A stretch of 64,000 nucleotides of DNA from Squalus acanthias (GCA_030390025.1 CM059433.1:24926001-24990000), one strand, 5' to 3'. Counted from the first letter of the stretch, positions 50,851 through 63,481 are shown. Notes: generated by a model from the letters alone, not told the origin. Made by a program: numbers and translations.

Positions 50851-51624
50851 CCTAACAAGAGAACATGTGCAGCACTTAAGCTGCACGTTACGATGGCTTT
50901 TCTCCAACTGCATAAGCTGTTTGGTTGTGTGGATGGAATTCTTATTTCACCGTACTCATTTAAGAAAGCTCATACGATTATGACAGCATTGCCATTTCAG
51001 TGTTTCATTTCCCACAATTCCTGTGGGATTTGTTGGAACTTTTTCAACAGTGCAGTGTGAATTTGAACTCCATCTGCAGTGATGGACGGAAAGGATTTAC
51101 TTCATTTTCTGATTGAGGCCGAATTTTTTTTTGATTCTGTTAGCTAACTCCTAAAAACCATAAAGGAATTCTGTAGTTATTATGCAGGAGATAAAAGTGT
51201 GTGAGCATATCCCACATTCCAAAACCTGGTTACAGAGAACCTTCAGAAGTGGATCATTGATTGTTTCCTTGTTTAAAATTTTCCAATACTTTTTCTCCGC
51301 ACTGGCTTTTAACTCTTTGAAAGCTGAGATTCTTCCTTCCTTCGACAATCTATTGGCTTTGAAAAGCCAATTTTGGCATCACTTAACCACTACTTCTTCA
51401 TTTAGCTCATCAGACATGCTACCAACTATTACCCATTGCAACAAAACAAAATGCAGGACTTCTCAAAGTGCTTGAAGGCGACTGTCGTAAATAGAGTCGC
51501 TAGAAATCTGATTTAAAAATGTGTAACTGTTGAGGAGAATCAAGTAATGTAGTCAGGACTGAGTAAAGAACACTTTAAAACCAGCTTAAAATATATTCCT
51601 TTTATCCTGTAAATTAACACTTTT

Positions 51625-51985
51625 TGAGTGGGGTTTTTTTGGCCAATTTTCTCCCCCTTTTCTGTGCTACTCCTCGGGGTGATGCTTACCAAAGTGGTTG
51701 TTCTTCACGTGTGACCTTAGACATTGAGTGTTGGAGGCCATTCATTGGTGGGTGGGGCCTCACAACAAAGCCCAAACCCATTCTCATCTCAGTCCCACAC
51801 AGCTGCACTTTCTAGCAGGGGCCACTAGATGGGAACTATGCCTGATTTGTCCCTCTCTCGTTTAGGGATGCTGAGGCTAACTCTACCATGCCGAGTGCCA
51901 CCCTGCCAGAGATCAGTAAGCTCAGCACAGATCTTGAACTTGGGACTTTCTGGCTTGTCTGGCATTGTGGATGCCACATGGAGTG
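51625..51985 (-). mobile_element. Old SINE-like repeat, third family
   Basis: Diverged reverse-complement similarity to ~56745-56807 + 57263-57520 (ttagcctcag...gctggaaagt..tgtgtgg). Confidence 0.5.
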
Positions 51986-52419
51986 TTGCTGAAGACAGCA
52001 GTGCAGTGTTTCAGATAGTTTCACTGTGATGTGCACTGGCTTTGTTTATTATAACATGGCCTCATTATCTAATATCATTTTCATTCTACGTATTATTACA
52101 GTAAATTTAAAGAAATCATTTCAGTTTTGATTTCTGAGATGACAATTTGTTCTGATAGTTATTTGCCCAGACCAATGATAAAGTCCGATACTAATTAAGA
52201 AATCTGGATTACAATGTTGTAACATAACATAAAAATATTACTATATTCTACAAAGGGGTTCCCCTCAGAGCATGAACAAGGCAATTTGTAGTTTTAAAAC
52301 TAAAATGTGTTTCCTCTCACACTATAGTCTGATCGCAAACCCTGAAGATTAATGTGAAACTACATTGCAGAATTAGACAACATGATAAATCCACATTACA
52401 TCTCAGGACAAATACATTT

Positions 52420-54080
52420 TCATAGAATCATAGAAGATAGGAGCAGGAGTAGGCCATTCAGCCCCTCTAGCCTGCTCCGCCATTCAATGCGATCATGGCT
52501 GATCATCCAAATTCAGTACCCTGTCCCTGCTTTCTCCCCATATCCCTTGATCCCTTTAGCCTTAAGAAATATATCCAACTCCTTCTTGAATCTATTTAAT
52601 GAATTGGCCTCTACTGCCTTCTGTGGCAGAGAATTCCATAGGTTCACCACTCTCTGGGTGAAGAAATTCCTCCTCATTTCTGTCCTAAATGGCTTACCCC
52701 TTATCCTTAGACTGTGACCCCTGGTTCTGGACTCTCCGACCATCGGGAACATCCTTCCTGCATCTAGTTTGTCCTGTCCTGTCCTGTCAGAATTTTATAA
52801 GTTTCAATGAGATCCCCTCTCATTCTTCTAAACTCCAGCGAGTATAAGCCCAATCGACCCAATCTCTCTTCATACATCATTCCTGCCATCCCAGGTATCA
52901 GCCTTATGAATCTTCGCTGAACTCCTTCCATGGCAAGAACATCCTTCCTCAGATAAGGCGACCAAAACTGCACACAGTACTCAAGGTGTGGTCTCACCAA
53001 GGCCCTGTACAACTGCAGCAAGACATCCTTGTTCCTGTACTCAAACCCTCTCGCTACGAAGGCCAACATACCATTTGCCTTCTTCACCGCCTGCTGCACC
53101 TGCATGCTTACCTTCAGCGACTGGTGCACAAGGACACCCAGGTCTCGTTGCACTTCCCCTTCTCCCAATCTATTGCCATTCAGATAATAATCTGCCTTTC
53201 TGTTTTTGACACCAAAGTGGATAACCTCGCATTTATCCACGTTATATTGCATCTGCCACGTTTCTGCCCAATCACCCAACCTGTCCAAATCATCCTGGAG
53301 TTTCTCGGCATCCTCCTCGCAGCACACACGCCCACCCAGTTTTGTGTCGTCTGCAAACTTGGAGATATTACATCTAGTTCCCTTGTCTAGATCATTAATA
53401 TATATTGTGAATAGCTGGGGTCCAAGGACCGATCCTGCGGTACCCCACTAGTCACTGCCTGCCACTCGGAAAAAGACCCGTTTATTCCAACTCTTTGCTT
53501 TCTGTCTGCCAACCAGTTCTCTATCCAAGTCAATACCTTGCCCCCAATCCCATGTGCTTTAACTTTACACGCTAATCTCTTATGCGGGACCTTATCAAAA
53601 GCCTTTTGGAAGTCCAAATACACCACATCCACTGGTTCTCCCTTATCTATTTTCCCAGTTACATCCTCAAAAAACTCCAGTAGATTAGTCAAGCATGATT
53701 TACCTTTTGTAAATCCATGTTGACTTTGTCCGATCCTGTCACTGTTTTCCAAGTGCTCAGCTATTACATCTTTTATAATGGACTCTAGCATTTTCCCCAC
53801 TACCGATGTCAGGCTTACCGGTCTGTAATTCCCCGTTTTCTCTCTACCACCCTTTTTGAATAGTGGGGTAACATTAGCTACCCTCCAATCCATCGAATGT
53901 TGGAAGATGATCAGCAATGCATCTACTATTTCTAGGGCCACTTCCTTAAGTACCCTAGGATGTAGATTATCAGGCCCTGGGGATTTATCGGCCTTCAATT
54001 TCCCTAACACCATTTCCCTACAAATACTGATTTCTTTCAGTTCCTCCCTTTCATCAGACCCTATGTTCCCCAACATTTTC
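52420..54080 (-). mobile_element. CR1 LINE, 5'-truncated, well-preserved RT
   Basis: NYRPVSLTS, QHGF, DFQKAFDKV, GVPQ and VRPHLEYCVQFWSP; tctatga tail. Confidence 0.92.
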
Positions 54081-54184
54081 TACACTAGCTTTTTCTCAAT
54101 AGTGTTGTAATTTCAGTACTTAGAGTTAAAGAGTATTAATGAAAATTCACATGATAAACAAAAACAAAAGGGCACAACCTGGAA

Positions 54185-54314
54185 TGTCACTGACCACTGG
54201 CACTGGTGACAGTGCTGATGACCTGGGATGTCACTGACCACTGGCACTGGTGACAGTGCTGATGACCTGGGATGTCACTGACCACTGGCACTGGTGACAG
54301 TGCTGATGACCTGG
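54185..54314. repeat. 44-bp tandem repeat, ~3 perfect copies
   Basis: Unit tgtcactgaccactggcactggtgacagtgctgatgacctggga at 54185, 54229 and 54273. Confidence 0.95.
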
Positions 54315-54489
54315 CACGTCCAAACAAGAAGAATTCATGCACCCCAGGGTTGAACCCACAATTCAAACACAAGGTATTGCAAACCGTTTGACAACATTGT
54401 GATATTTCAGAATTCATTTGAAACAAATGTGAGAGTAGTTCTTATATTTTCCCATAGTATGTACTGCATTTACCCCCCTCCTCCACTCC

Positions 54490-55722
54490 ATGCTGGCTCT
54501 GTGTCAGTTCCTGCCCCCCTTGCTGGCTCTGTGTCAGTTCCTGCCCCCCTTGCTCGCTCTGTGTCAGTTCCTGCCCCCCTCACTGCTCGCTCTGTGTCAG
54601 TTCCTGCTCCCCTCACTGCTCGCTCTGTGTCAGTTCCTGCCCCCCCCCTTGCTCGCTCTGTGTCAGTTCCTGCCCCCCCCCCTTGCTCGCTTCTGTGTCA
54701 GTTTATCCTGCCCCCCCCCCTTGCTCACGCTCTGTGTCAGGTCCTGCGCCCCCCCCCCCCTTACGCTGGCTCTGTGTCAGTTCCTGCCCCCCTACTGATG
54801 GCTCTGTGTCATTTTCCTGCCCCCCCCCCTTGCTCGCTCTTGTTCATTTCCTGCCCCCACCCCCCCCCCTTGCTCGCTCTGTGTCATTCCTGCCCCCCCT
54901 CACTGCTGGACTGTGTCAGTTTCCTGCCCCCCTCACTGCTCGCATCTGTGTCAGTTTCCTGCTCCCCTCACTGCTCGCTCTCGTGTCAGTTCCTGCCCCC
55001 CCGTTGCTCGCGTCTGTGTCAGTCCTGCCCCCCCCCTCCCCTGCTCGCTCTGTGTCAGTTCCTGCCCCCCTTGCTCGCTCTTTCAGTCCTGCCCCCCTCA
55101 CTGCTCGCCTCTGTGTCAGTTCCTGCTCCGCCTCACTGCTCGCTCTGTGTCAGTTCCCTGCCCCCATCGGGGGGCCCCTTTGCTCGCCCTGTGTCCAGTT
55201 TCCTGCCCCCCCCCCTTGCTCGTCGCTGTGTCATTCCTGCCCCCCTTGCTGCTGGCTCTGTGTCAGTTCCTGCCCCCCCCCCCCCCCCCCTTGCTGCTGC
55301 CTCTGTGGCAGTTCCTGCACCCCCCCCCCGCTTGCTGCTGCCTCTGTGTCAGTTCCTGCACCCCCCCCCCCCCGCCCGCTGCTGCCTCTGTGTCAGTTCC
55401 TGCACCCACCCCCCCGCTTGCTGCTGCCTCTGTGTCAGTTCCTGCCCCCCCCCCTCCGCTTGCTGCTGGCTCTGTGTCAGTTCCTGCCCCGTTTGTTGCC
55501 TCTGTGTCAGTTCCTGCCCCCCTTGCTGGCTCTGTGTCAGTTCCTGCCCCCCTTGCTGGCTCTGTGTCAGTTCCTGCCCCCCTTGTTGCCTCTGTGTCAG
55601 TTCCTGCCCCCCTTGCTGGCTCTGTGTCAGTTCCTGCCCTCCTTGCTGGCTCTGTGCCAGTTCCTGCCCCCCTTGCTGGCTCTGTGTCAGTTCCTGCCCC
55701 CCTTGCTGCTGGCTCTGTGTCT
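54490..55722. repeat. ~30-36-bp C-rich minisatellite
   Basis: Unit tgct(gg/cg/gc)ctctgtgtcagttcctg(c)n-t with variable poly-C. Confidence 0.95.
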
Positions 55723-56807
55723 GCTTTCACTTGCTGGCTCTATGTCGCTTCCTGCACACACCCATGGCAGCTCCCAGAGTTAGTTCTGTCCTGGTCCCCA
55801 CCCGGGTTCCAGCAGCTCCCAGAGTTAGCACTTTTATCCATTGTGTATCATTCCAGATCAACACTTCTTTCTCTTTGTTAATATGGCACTTCTTGAATTT
55901 TCAGAACCGGTGATGCATACGGGCAGCATATTTACACATGAGCATTAAGCTCATTACAGTAGCTGCCACGTTAGATTAATATGTAATATGGAGTACAACT
56001 TATTTTCTGCCAAACACTGCTCAAGCAAACAAACAACAGCAACAACAACAATTATTGCTATAGTACAAATCTTACGATGCCACATACCAGATCCCGCATG
56101 GCAATCACCTTTATTAACCTTTCATCTGCGATGTGCAACCTTTACCAAGTACAGCATGCCTGTTGCACAACACGGAGTAATGAAAGACACATTTTAAAGT
56201 TATTTTGGAAAAATTGTTATGAAGAATAACTAATAGTTGGCAGTGAGTTATTAAATCTTGGGATTATATTGATATTCATGACCTACTCAAATTTTGTTCT
56301 TGAGGATTATGATGTTATTAGAACTTCGCAGTTGGACTGCTGTCTTGCAACTCACTTCAAGCCAATTATTATCTTATTTAAAAAGGATTTCAGAGATAAT
56401 TAACGCTGAAATCTCAGTGGAAACAACAGGAGGACAGCCTCGCTTTTTAATATGTAAAGATTTCCGACCATCTCCCACATTCACTGCAGGTAACATGTTA
56501 CTATCTCTTGACAAATGCTGCCTCCCATCTTAGTGCCAATGATCTGGCTGCTGTAATCTCATCTCAGTTTTATAATGTCATCTGAACACTCAGTTAGATA
56601 ATTGCCTTGTTAGCTCCTTAAGAGGTTTATTGCATATTTCACCCAGTCTTTCAAAGTCCACTGTTTAGTTTCTCGCTATTACCCAAATTCTGGGACAAAC
56701 TGCTTCCTTAATGGCTTAATTAGTAAATGTACTACCCACACTGATCAGGATAGGCCTGGGTCCCTGCTTGTTGCTGAATGGAAGCAATGCTAAGGGAACT
56801 ACAATTA

Positions 56808-57262
56808 TCATAGAATCATAAAAAGATACAGCACAGAAGGAGGCCATCGTGCCTCTTTGAAAGAGCTATCTAATTAGTCCCACTCCTCTGCCCTTTCCCC
56901 AGTGCCCTGCAATTTCTTCCCCTTCAAGTATTTATCAAATTCCCTTTTGAAAGTTATTAATGAATCTGCTTCCTCCACCCTTTCAGGCAGTGCATTCCAG
57001 ATCATAACAACTTGCTGTATAAAAAAAAATTCTCCTCATTTCGCCTCTGGCTCTTTTGCCAATTATCTTAAATCTGTGTCTTCTGGTTACTGACTCTTCT
57101 GCCAGCGCAAAAAGTTTTTCCCTATTCACTCTATCAAAACCCTTCATTATTTTGAACGCCTCTATTAAATCTCCCCTTAACCTTCTCTGCTCTAAGGAGA
57201 ACAACCCCAGCTTCTCCAGGTAACTGAAGTTCCGCATCCCTAACTCTCCTCTGCACCCTTTC
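56808..57262 (-). mobile_element. CR1 3' fragment inserted in an old SINE
   Basis: LEKLGLFSLEQRRLRGDLIE; tctatga tail; aatta at both junctions. Confidence 0.85.
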
Positions 57263-58917
57263 TAATTAGCCTCAGTGTCTTGAGTTGGGAAAGGGAGAAT
57301 TATCCCAAGTTACTGCTCTTGATATGCAGTCAATGCTGCTGGAAAGTACATGTGTGTGGTGATGAGATCGGGACAAGATCAGTGCTTCTCACCATTGTCA
57401 AATACCCCGCCAACGATCACTCTGCAGGCTACCAAATGAGAAATGTCAGATTGGGCAAAGAATTGGAGGGCGGCTGGTCCAACCCAGGTATGAAGCTGAG
57501 AGAGGGGGGAGAAAACTGAAGGTGCAAAAAGGTCAGAGCAGCAGAATAAATTTCTCTGCTCACACCAGGACATTGTCCCCATTGAATAGTTCTGTGCTCT
57601 GGAACCACAAGTCCGAGATATTAGTTAGTATATTATTTACTGAGTGACATTGTGTTTGTCATCCGTCATTCTAAATATCTACGTATTTTTACTGAGAACT
57701 GAGAAATTAAGTACCACACTCACTCACGCAGTGCGAAGGATCGCTGTGTTCTGTATTGCAGGACTAGGGAAGCCTCTGACCACAGTGGATCCTACATTCA
57801 TTGAGAATGCAGCAATTCGGCTTGTCGCAACTAAAGACAAAACTGCATGCACAATTCTTAAACGAATTTACTATAACTGTATAATGTAACTGCGGATACA
57901 TTATAGAGACTCATGAGATATGATTTATAGTCCACAAAAGGGGGCATTGACTGCGGACAGAAATGCTGCTCACTTTTGTTCTATATTTTCTGTTTTAACA
58001 TTACTAACTTATTTTGGTTTCCCTAACTTGACAGTTTTGTTGCTGTTTCAGTGCTAATAAGCTTAAAGGAATGAATTATAATAAGAATCACACCAGCGAC
58101 CCCAGCATGTGCACAAAACATAGCTGGCAGTAAAGTGTCACTGTGCTGTAATATTTGATTAGCAAGTATTGTATTCCGCACTTTCACTCTCCTTGTCATT
58201 CTCTATTTGTATGTTGTGAAGCCGCGTCACTCAATATCGACAATCCATGAAAACGAAGCTCTCGGCATCAATGAGGTAAACTGATCAATCAGCATTAATA
58301 GATCTTGGCTTTAATTACTTACATTTTATTTGCCACCCACAGAATACAACCAGATAACCATTATGTTTTCAGATGGCTTTTGAAGCTTTAGTCTTTCTGC
58401 TGTGAAGGATTTAACATGGAGTGTTGAGACTGGCCTGGGGTTTTCGCTAGGTTGCGCTGGTATTTTCAGCGCAATTTGCCCAAAATTGGCCAAACTGGCG
58501 CAAAAGATCGCGGAATTTTAAGTGCAAATTGTGTTCAGCGGAAATGGAGTTTCTGCGATCTTTAACGCTGGTTTAAAAAACACCATGCTAGAAGCCTGCA
58601 CCGCCCACGCCCCCGATCAAATTAATCCCCATTGGGCTCTTAAAATTAAACCTCTTTTTAGGCACAAGGACACTAATAGGCACGTTTTAAAAGCTTTCAA
58701 ATATTCTTTGATGAGGTAACAGAGAAGGTGGATCAAGGTAGTGCAGTAGATGTTTTACTTATGGACTTTCGGAAAGCATTCGACAAAGTGCCACCCAGGA
58801 GGCTTATTAAGAAGATGGAAGTCTGTGGAATTAAGGGGAAAGTGGCGGTATAGATACAAAATTGAAAATGCTGGAGATACTCAGCAGGTCAGGCAGCATC
58901 TGTGAAGAGAGAAACAG

Positions 58918-58954
58918 AGTTAACATTTCAGGTCGACGATCTTTCGTCAGAACT
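58918..58954 (-). ncRNA. Hammerhead motif, partly mutated
   Basis: Minus strand reads agtt-CTGACGA-aagatcgtcgacct-GAAA-tg-TT-aact. Confidence 0.55.
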
Positions 58955-60343
58955 GGAAAAAAGCAGGAAATGGAACAGATTTTTAAGCAAGTGTGGGAGC
59001 CCTCGCTCCAACAGTGTGTGCTCTCGCCCTAAACTAGAAAATTTCATTCACTTTGCTTCCAATTTCCACCCTTCCCTCACCTTCACATGGTCCATCTCCG
59101 ACTCTTCCCTTCCCTTCCTCGACTTCTCCGTCTCCATCTCTGGGGATAGGTTATTGACAAACATTCACTACAAGCCCACTGACTCCCACAGCTACCTGGA
59201 CTACACTTCCTCCCACCCTGCTTCCTGTAAGGACTCTATTCCATTCTCCCAGTTTCTCCACCTCCGCCACATCTGCTCTGACGATGCCACCTTCCATACC
59301 AGTGCTTCCGACATGTCTTCCTTTTTCCTCAACCGAGGATTTCCCTCTACTGTGGTTGACACGGCCCTCGACCGTGTCCGTTCTATCTCCCGCACTTCTG
59401 CCCTCACCCCTGCCCCTCCCTCCCGGAACCACGAGAGGGTTCCCCTTGTCCTCACCTTTCGCCCCACCAGCCTCCACATTCAACAGATCATCCTCCGCCA
59501 TTTCGGCCACCTCCAGTATGATCCCACCACCAAACACATCTTCCCCTCACCACCCCTTTCAGCATTCCGAAGGGACCGTTCCCTCCGCAACACCCTGTTC
59601 CACTCCTCTATCACCCCCAACACCCCTTCCCCTTCGCCCGGCACCTTCCTGTGCAAGCGCAGGAGATGCAACACATGCCCTTATACCTCCCCCCTTCCCA
59701 CTGTCCAGGGCCCCAAACACCCCTTCCAGGTGAAACAGCGATTTACTTGTACTTCTTGCAATTTAGTATACTGTATTCGCTGCTCACGATGCGGTCTCCT
59801 CTACACTGGGGAGAACAAACGCAGATTGAGTGACCGCTTTGCGGAACACCTCCATTCAGTCCGTAAAGGGGACCCCGAGCTTCCGGTCGCCTGTCACTTT
59901 AATTCTCCGCTCCACTCCCACTCAGACCTCATTGTCCTCGGCCTCTTACATTGTTCCACTGAAGCTCAACGTAAGCTCGAGGAACAGCACCTCATCTCTC
60001 GATTAAGCACTTTACAGCCTTCTAAACTCAACATAGAGTTCAACAATTTCAGATCATAACCTCGGCCCCTATCATATATATATTTTTTCCACACTTTTTT
60101 TTCTCTCCCACATGGCAGCTGTCTTTCATTCTGCCAGCACAATTTACACTTCATCCAGAGCCATCTTTTGTTTCTTAACCTGTCCCATTACCATCTCCTT
60201 TTGCCTTGAATATCTCTTAATGTCTCTTAACCTCTCCTGCCTTCTATCCTATCACAGACCTTCCCTTTTGTTCTTTCATCCTCTCCCCCCTTTCCCAGCT
60301 CCCACACTTGCTTAAAAATCTGTTCCATTTCCTGCTTTTTTCC

Positions 60344-60380
60344 AGTTCTGACGAAAGGTCATCGACCTGAAACGTTAACT
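60344..60380 (+). ncRNA. Minimal hammerhead ribozyme motif, family 2
   Basis: agtt-CTGACGA-a-aggtc-atc-gacct-GAAA-cg-TT-aact. Confidence 0.75.
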
Positions 60381-62264
60381 CTGTTTCTCTCTTCACAGAT
60401 GCTGCCTGACCTGCTGAGTATTTCCAGCATTTTTTGTTTTTATTTCAGATTTCCAGCATCTGCCGTATTTTCTTTTTGTTTTGGATACAAAATTGGCTCA
60501 TTGACAGGAAGCAAAGGGTAGTGGTTAATGGATGTTCTTCAGACTGGGAGATGGTTTGTAGTGGTGTTCCCCAAGGGTCAGTTTTGGGTCCATTACTCTT
60601 TTCAATTTTTATAAACGATCTAGACTGGTGTAGGGAGCAGCATTATAAAATTTGCAGATGATCCGAAACTTGGCAAAGTAGTAGATAGTATGAGGATAGT
60701 TGTAGACTTCAGGATGACAGACAGGATGGTGAAATGGGCAGAAGCATGGCAGGTGGAGTTGAATGCGGAGAAATGTGAAGTGATGCACTTTGGGAGGACT
60801 TATATGGAAAGTCAGTATACTATAAATGGCACGATTTTGAAAAGTATAGATGAGCAGAGAGACCTTGGTGTCCCGATACACAAATCCTTAAAAGTGGTAG
60901 GGCAAGTTGATAAGATGGTTATAAAGCACATACTTGGGTTTATAAATAGAGGAATAGAATATAAAAACAAAGAGATCATGCTAGAACGTTATAAATCACT
61001 GGTTAGGCCTCAGCTGCAGTATTGTGGACAATTCTGGGCACTACACTTCAGGTAAGATGTAAAGGCCTTAGAAAGGGTACAGGGAAGGTTTACCAGGATG
61101 TTACCAGGGATGAGGGACTTCAGTTATGAGGAGAGATTGGAAAAGTTAGGACTTGGAAGAGAGAAAGTTAAGAAGTGACCTAATAGAGGTTTTCAAGATG
61201 ATGAGAGGTTTTGATAGAGTAGATAGAGAAAAACTATTCCCTCTGGTGAGTGGGTCAATAACCAGAGGTCGTAGATTCAAAATCACTGGTAAAAGATCGA
61301 GGGGGAAAAATTAGAAAAAAAATTTCACTCGGGAGAGGTGTCGGGATCTGGAATGTTCTACCTGAAAAGGTGGAGGAAGCTGATTCCATAAATATTTTTA
61401 AAAGGGAGTTGGACAGGTACTTGAGGATGAGGAACTTAGAGTTACTGACAAAAAGCGGGGATGTGGGACTAAGCACGACTGACCTTTCAAAGAGCCAGCA
61501 CAGGCACGACGGGCCGAAAGGCCTCCTTCTGTGCTGTAAGTTTCTGTGATTCTATGATTTTCTTTTAAGTTACTAAGAAACTGACTACTGTACATCAATA
61601 TAACTAGTAACCGGTTCGGTATAGTTTTTTAAAGCCACTTTCAGTTATTTTAAATCGGTTACTCACAGGTAGTGGACTCGACACGCTGATTAAAAATGCT
61701 TATTTTTTGTGATAAATCCATTTTCAGCTGTATTACTAAAGCTGCACCAGGTTACCACTCTAAAATATATCAAGGAATATTTTTAATGCAAAAATTTTTC
61801 TTTAAAAAAAAAATGACGTTTTGAAACACTGCCTGATCGCGCTGGTCCATGGCAGATTTCATGTTCGGCGATATGCAAATCAGTTTGAGCGAAAACTTGA
61901 GGGAAACAAACCCTTCTGAAAACTAGCGCAATTTGCGCCCAGATTGCTGATTGCACCCAAAGCGGAAACTCTTGGCCACTGTCTGTATTCTGGGACTAAC
62001 AGCACATTTTAATTCTTTATAATCTTGATATAAATAGGAAACTCTAATCATATAATAATTAGCATCTTGAAAGTAAAAGATAATTACTGGAATAATTGTG
62101 TCCTTTGAGGGATACTACAGGCATTCAACTTAAATATTCCATTTTCATCCAGATTTGAGAAGATCCATATATCGGTACCAATACAGACTTCTCCAGGGGG
62201 TGACTAATTAAATAGAAATTCTAACAAAATTATTTTGCTGTTAAAGAAAGAACAGAGCGGAGAA

Positions 62265-62725
62265 GTATACCAGAAATGCGAGGTTATACCTATCAGGAAT
62301 GGATGAACAGGCTGGGTCTCTTTTCTCTTGAAAAGAGAAGGCTGAGGGATGACCTAATAGAGGTCTTTATAATTATGAAAGGTTTTGATAGAGTAGATAG
62401 AGAGAATGTTTCCACTTGTGGGAAAGAACAAAACTAGAGGCCATCAATATAAGATAGTCACCCAGAAATCCAATAGGGAATTCAGAAGGAACTTCTTTAC
62501 CCAGAGAGTGGTGAGAATGTGGAACTCGCTACCACAGGGAGTGGTTGAAGCGAATAGTATAGATGGATTTAAGGGGAGGCTAAATAAACATATGAGGGAG
62601 AAGGAAATAGAGGGTTGTGCTGATAGATTTAGGTGCGGAAAGGCGAGAGGAGGCTCGAGTGGAGCATAAACGCCGGCATGGACTGGTTGGGCTGAATGGC
62701 CTGTTTCTGTGCTGTATATCCTGTT
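62265..62725 (+). mobile_element. CR1 3' fragment
   Basis: RRNFFTQRVVRMWNSLP; homologous to 30215-30680. Confidence 0.88.
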
Positions 62726-63059
62726 TGACTGTTTAGAAATGCAGTCAGCAACATTTGAGAGATTTGCGTTTCCTGCTGAAACAGCCCTACTGCTGAATTT
62801 TACATTCTTTAAACAATTCTACCTTTTGTAATTTGAAGTAAATTACTGCATAAAAATTAAATTTTTCACAAATCTCTAAAAGGTTATTTTGGTTCTAAAT
62901 GTGCGACCTTAAAACTGTAAGCTGACCTGTTTGCGTAGCGGAACCAAAATCGAGCCTCAGCTAGTCAGGCCGACTTACTACTGCGTTGACGTCTGTTCAG
63001 ATTTTTGGGTGGTCCTGCATCCTGGTGGCCAGAGCTACTGCCTGAAACCGGCAGAAAAA

Positions 63060-63481
63060 AAAGACTTGCATTTATATAGCGCCTTTCACAGCCTCAGGAT
63101 GTCCCAAAGTGCTTTAAATCCAATGAAGTACTTTTGAAGTGTAGTCACTGTTGTAATGTAGGAAACGCGGCAGCCAATTTGCACATAGCAAGCTCCCACA
63201 AACAGCGATGTGATAATAACCAGATAATGTTTTTGTTATGTTGATTGAGGGATAAATATTGGCCAAGACACCGGGGATAACTCCCCTGCTCTTTTTCGAA
63301 ATAGTGCCATGGGATCTTTTACGTTCACCCGAGAGAGCAGACGGGGCCTCGTTTAACGTCTCATCCGAAAGACGGCACCTCCGACAGTGCAGCATCAGTA
63401 CTACACTGAAGTGTCAGCCTAGATTTTTATGCTCAAGACTCTGGAGTGGAACTCGAACCCACAACCTTCTGACTCAGAGGC
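63060..63481 (-). mobile_element. tRNA-derived SINE, Deu/SacSINE1-like
   Basis: Homologous to 2438-2902; extreme 5' end missing. Confidence 0.85.

Larger units (their letters stand above)
58865..60483 (+). mobile_element. Penelope-like element family 2: RT C-terminus + GIY-YIG with inverted pLTR
   Basis: LPFLD, HYKPTDSHSYL, NLVYCIRC...LYTGE...RFAEH...LNIEF; ~135-bp inverted repeat (58865-59001 / 60297-60433); 12-bp TSD gatacaaaattg. Confidence 0.92.
58702..61558 (+). mobile_element. CR1 LINE 3' part split by a Penelope
   Basis: FFDEVT...DFRKAFDKV, then WIQNWL...[13 protein letters not shown]; same 3' UTR as 14657. Confidence 0.9.
58432..61977. mobile_element. MITE (family of 32830-33567, opposite orientation) split by CR1; arms ~58432-58700 and ~61562-61977
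   Basis: TIRs ggcctggggttttcgct / agcggaaactcttggcc; TSD ACT; arms match the two halves of 32830-33567. Confidence 0.8.

Noticed and set aside
54185..54314. CRISPR array or hammerhead (CTGATGA)
   Set aside because: No spacers, eukaryotic context, and no GAAA/stem II partner
54399..55913. 504, 366 and 322-aa Pro/Cys-rich ORFs
   Set aside because: Stop-free translations of the minisatellite in all three frames
57762..57889. Possible terminal MLIP exon (tattgcag|GAC TAG)
   Set aside because: The acceptor is plausible but there is no peptide support or clear poly(A) signal; cannot be supported
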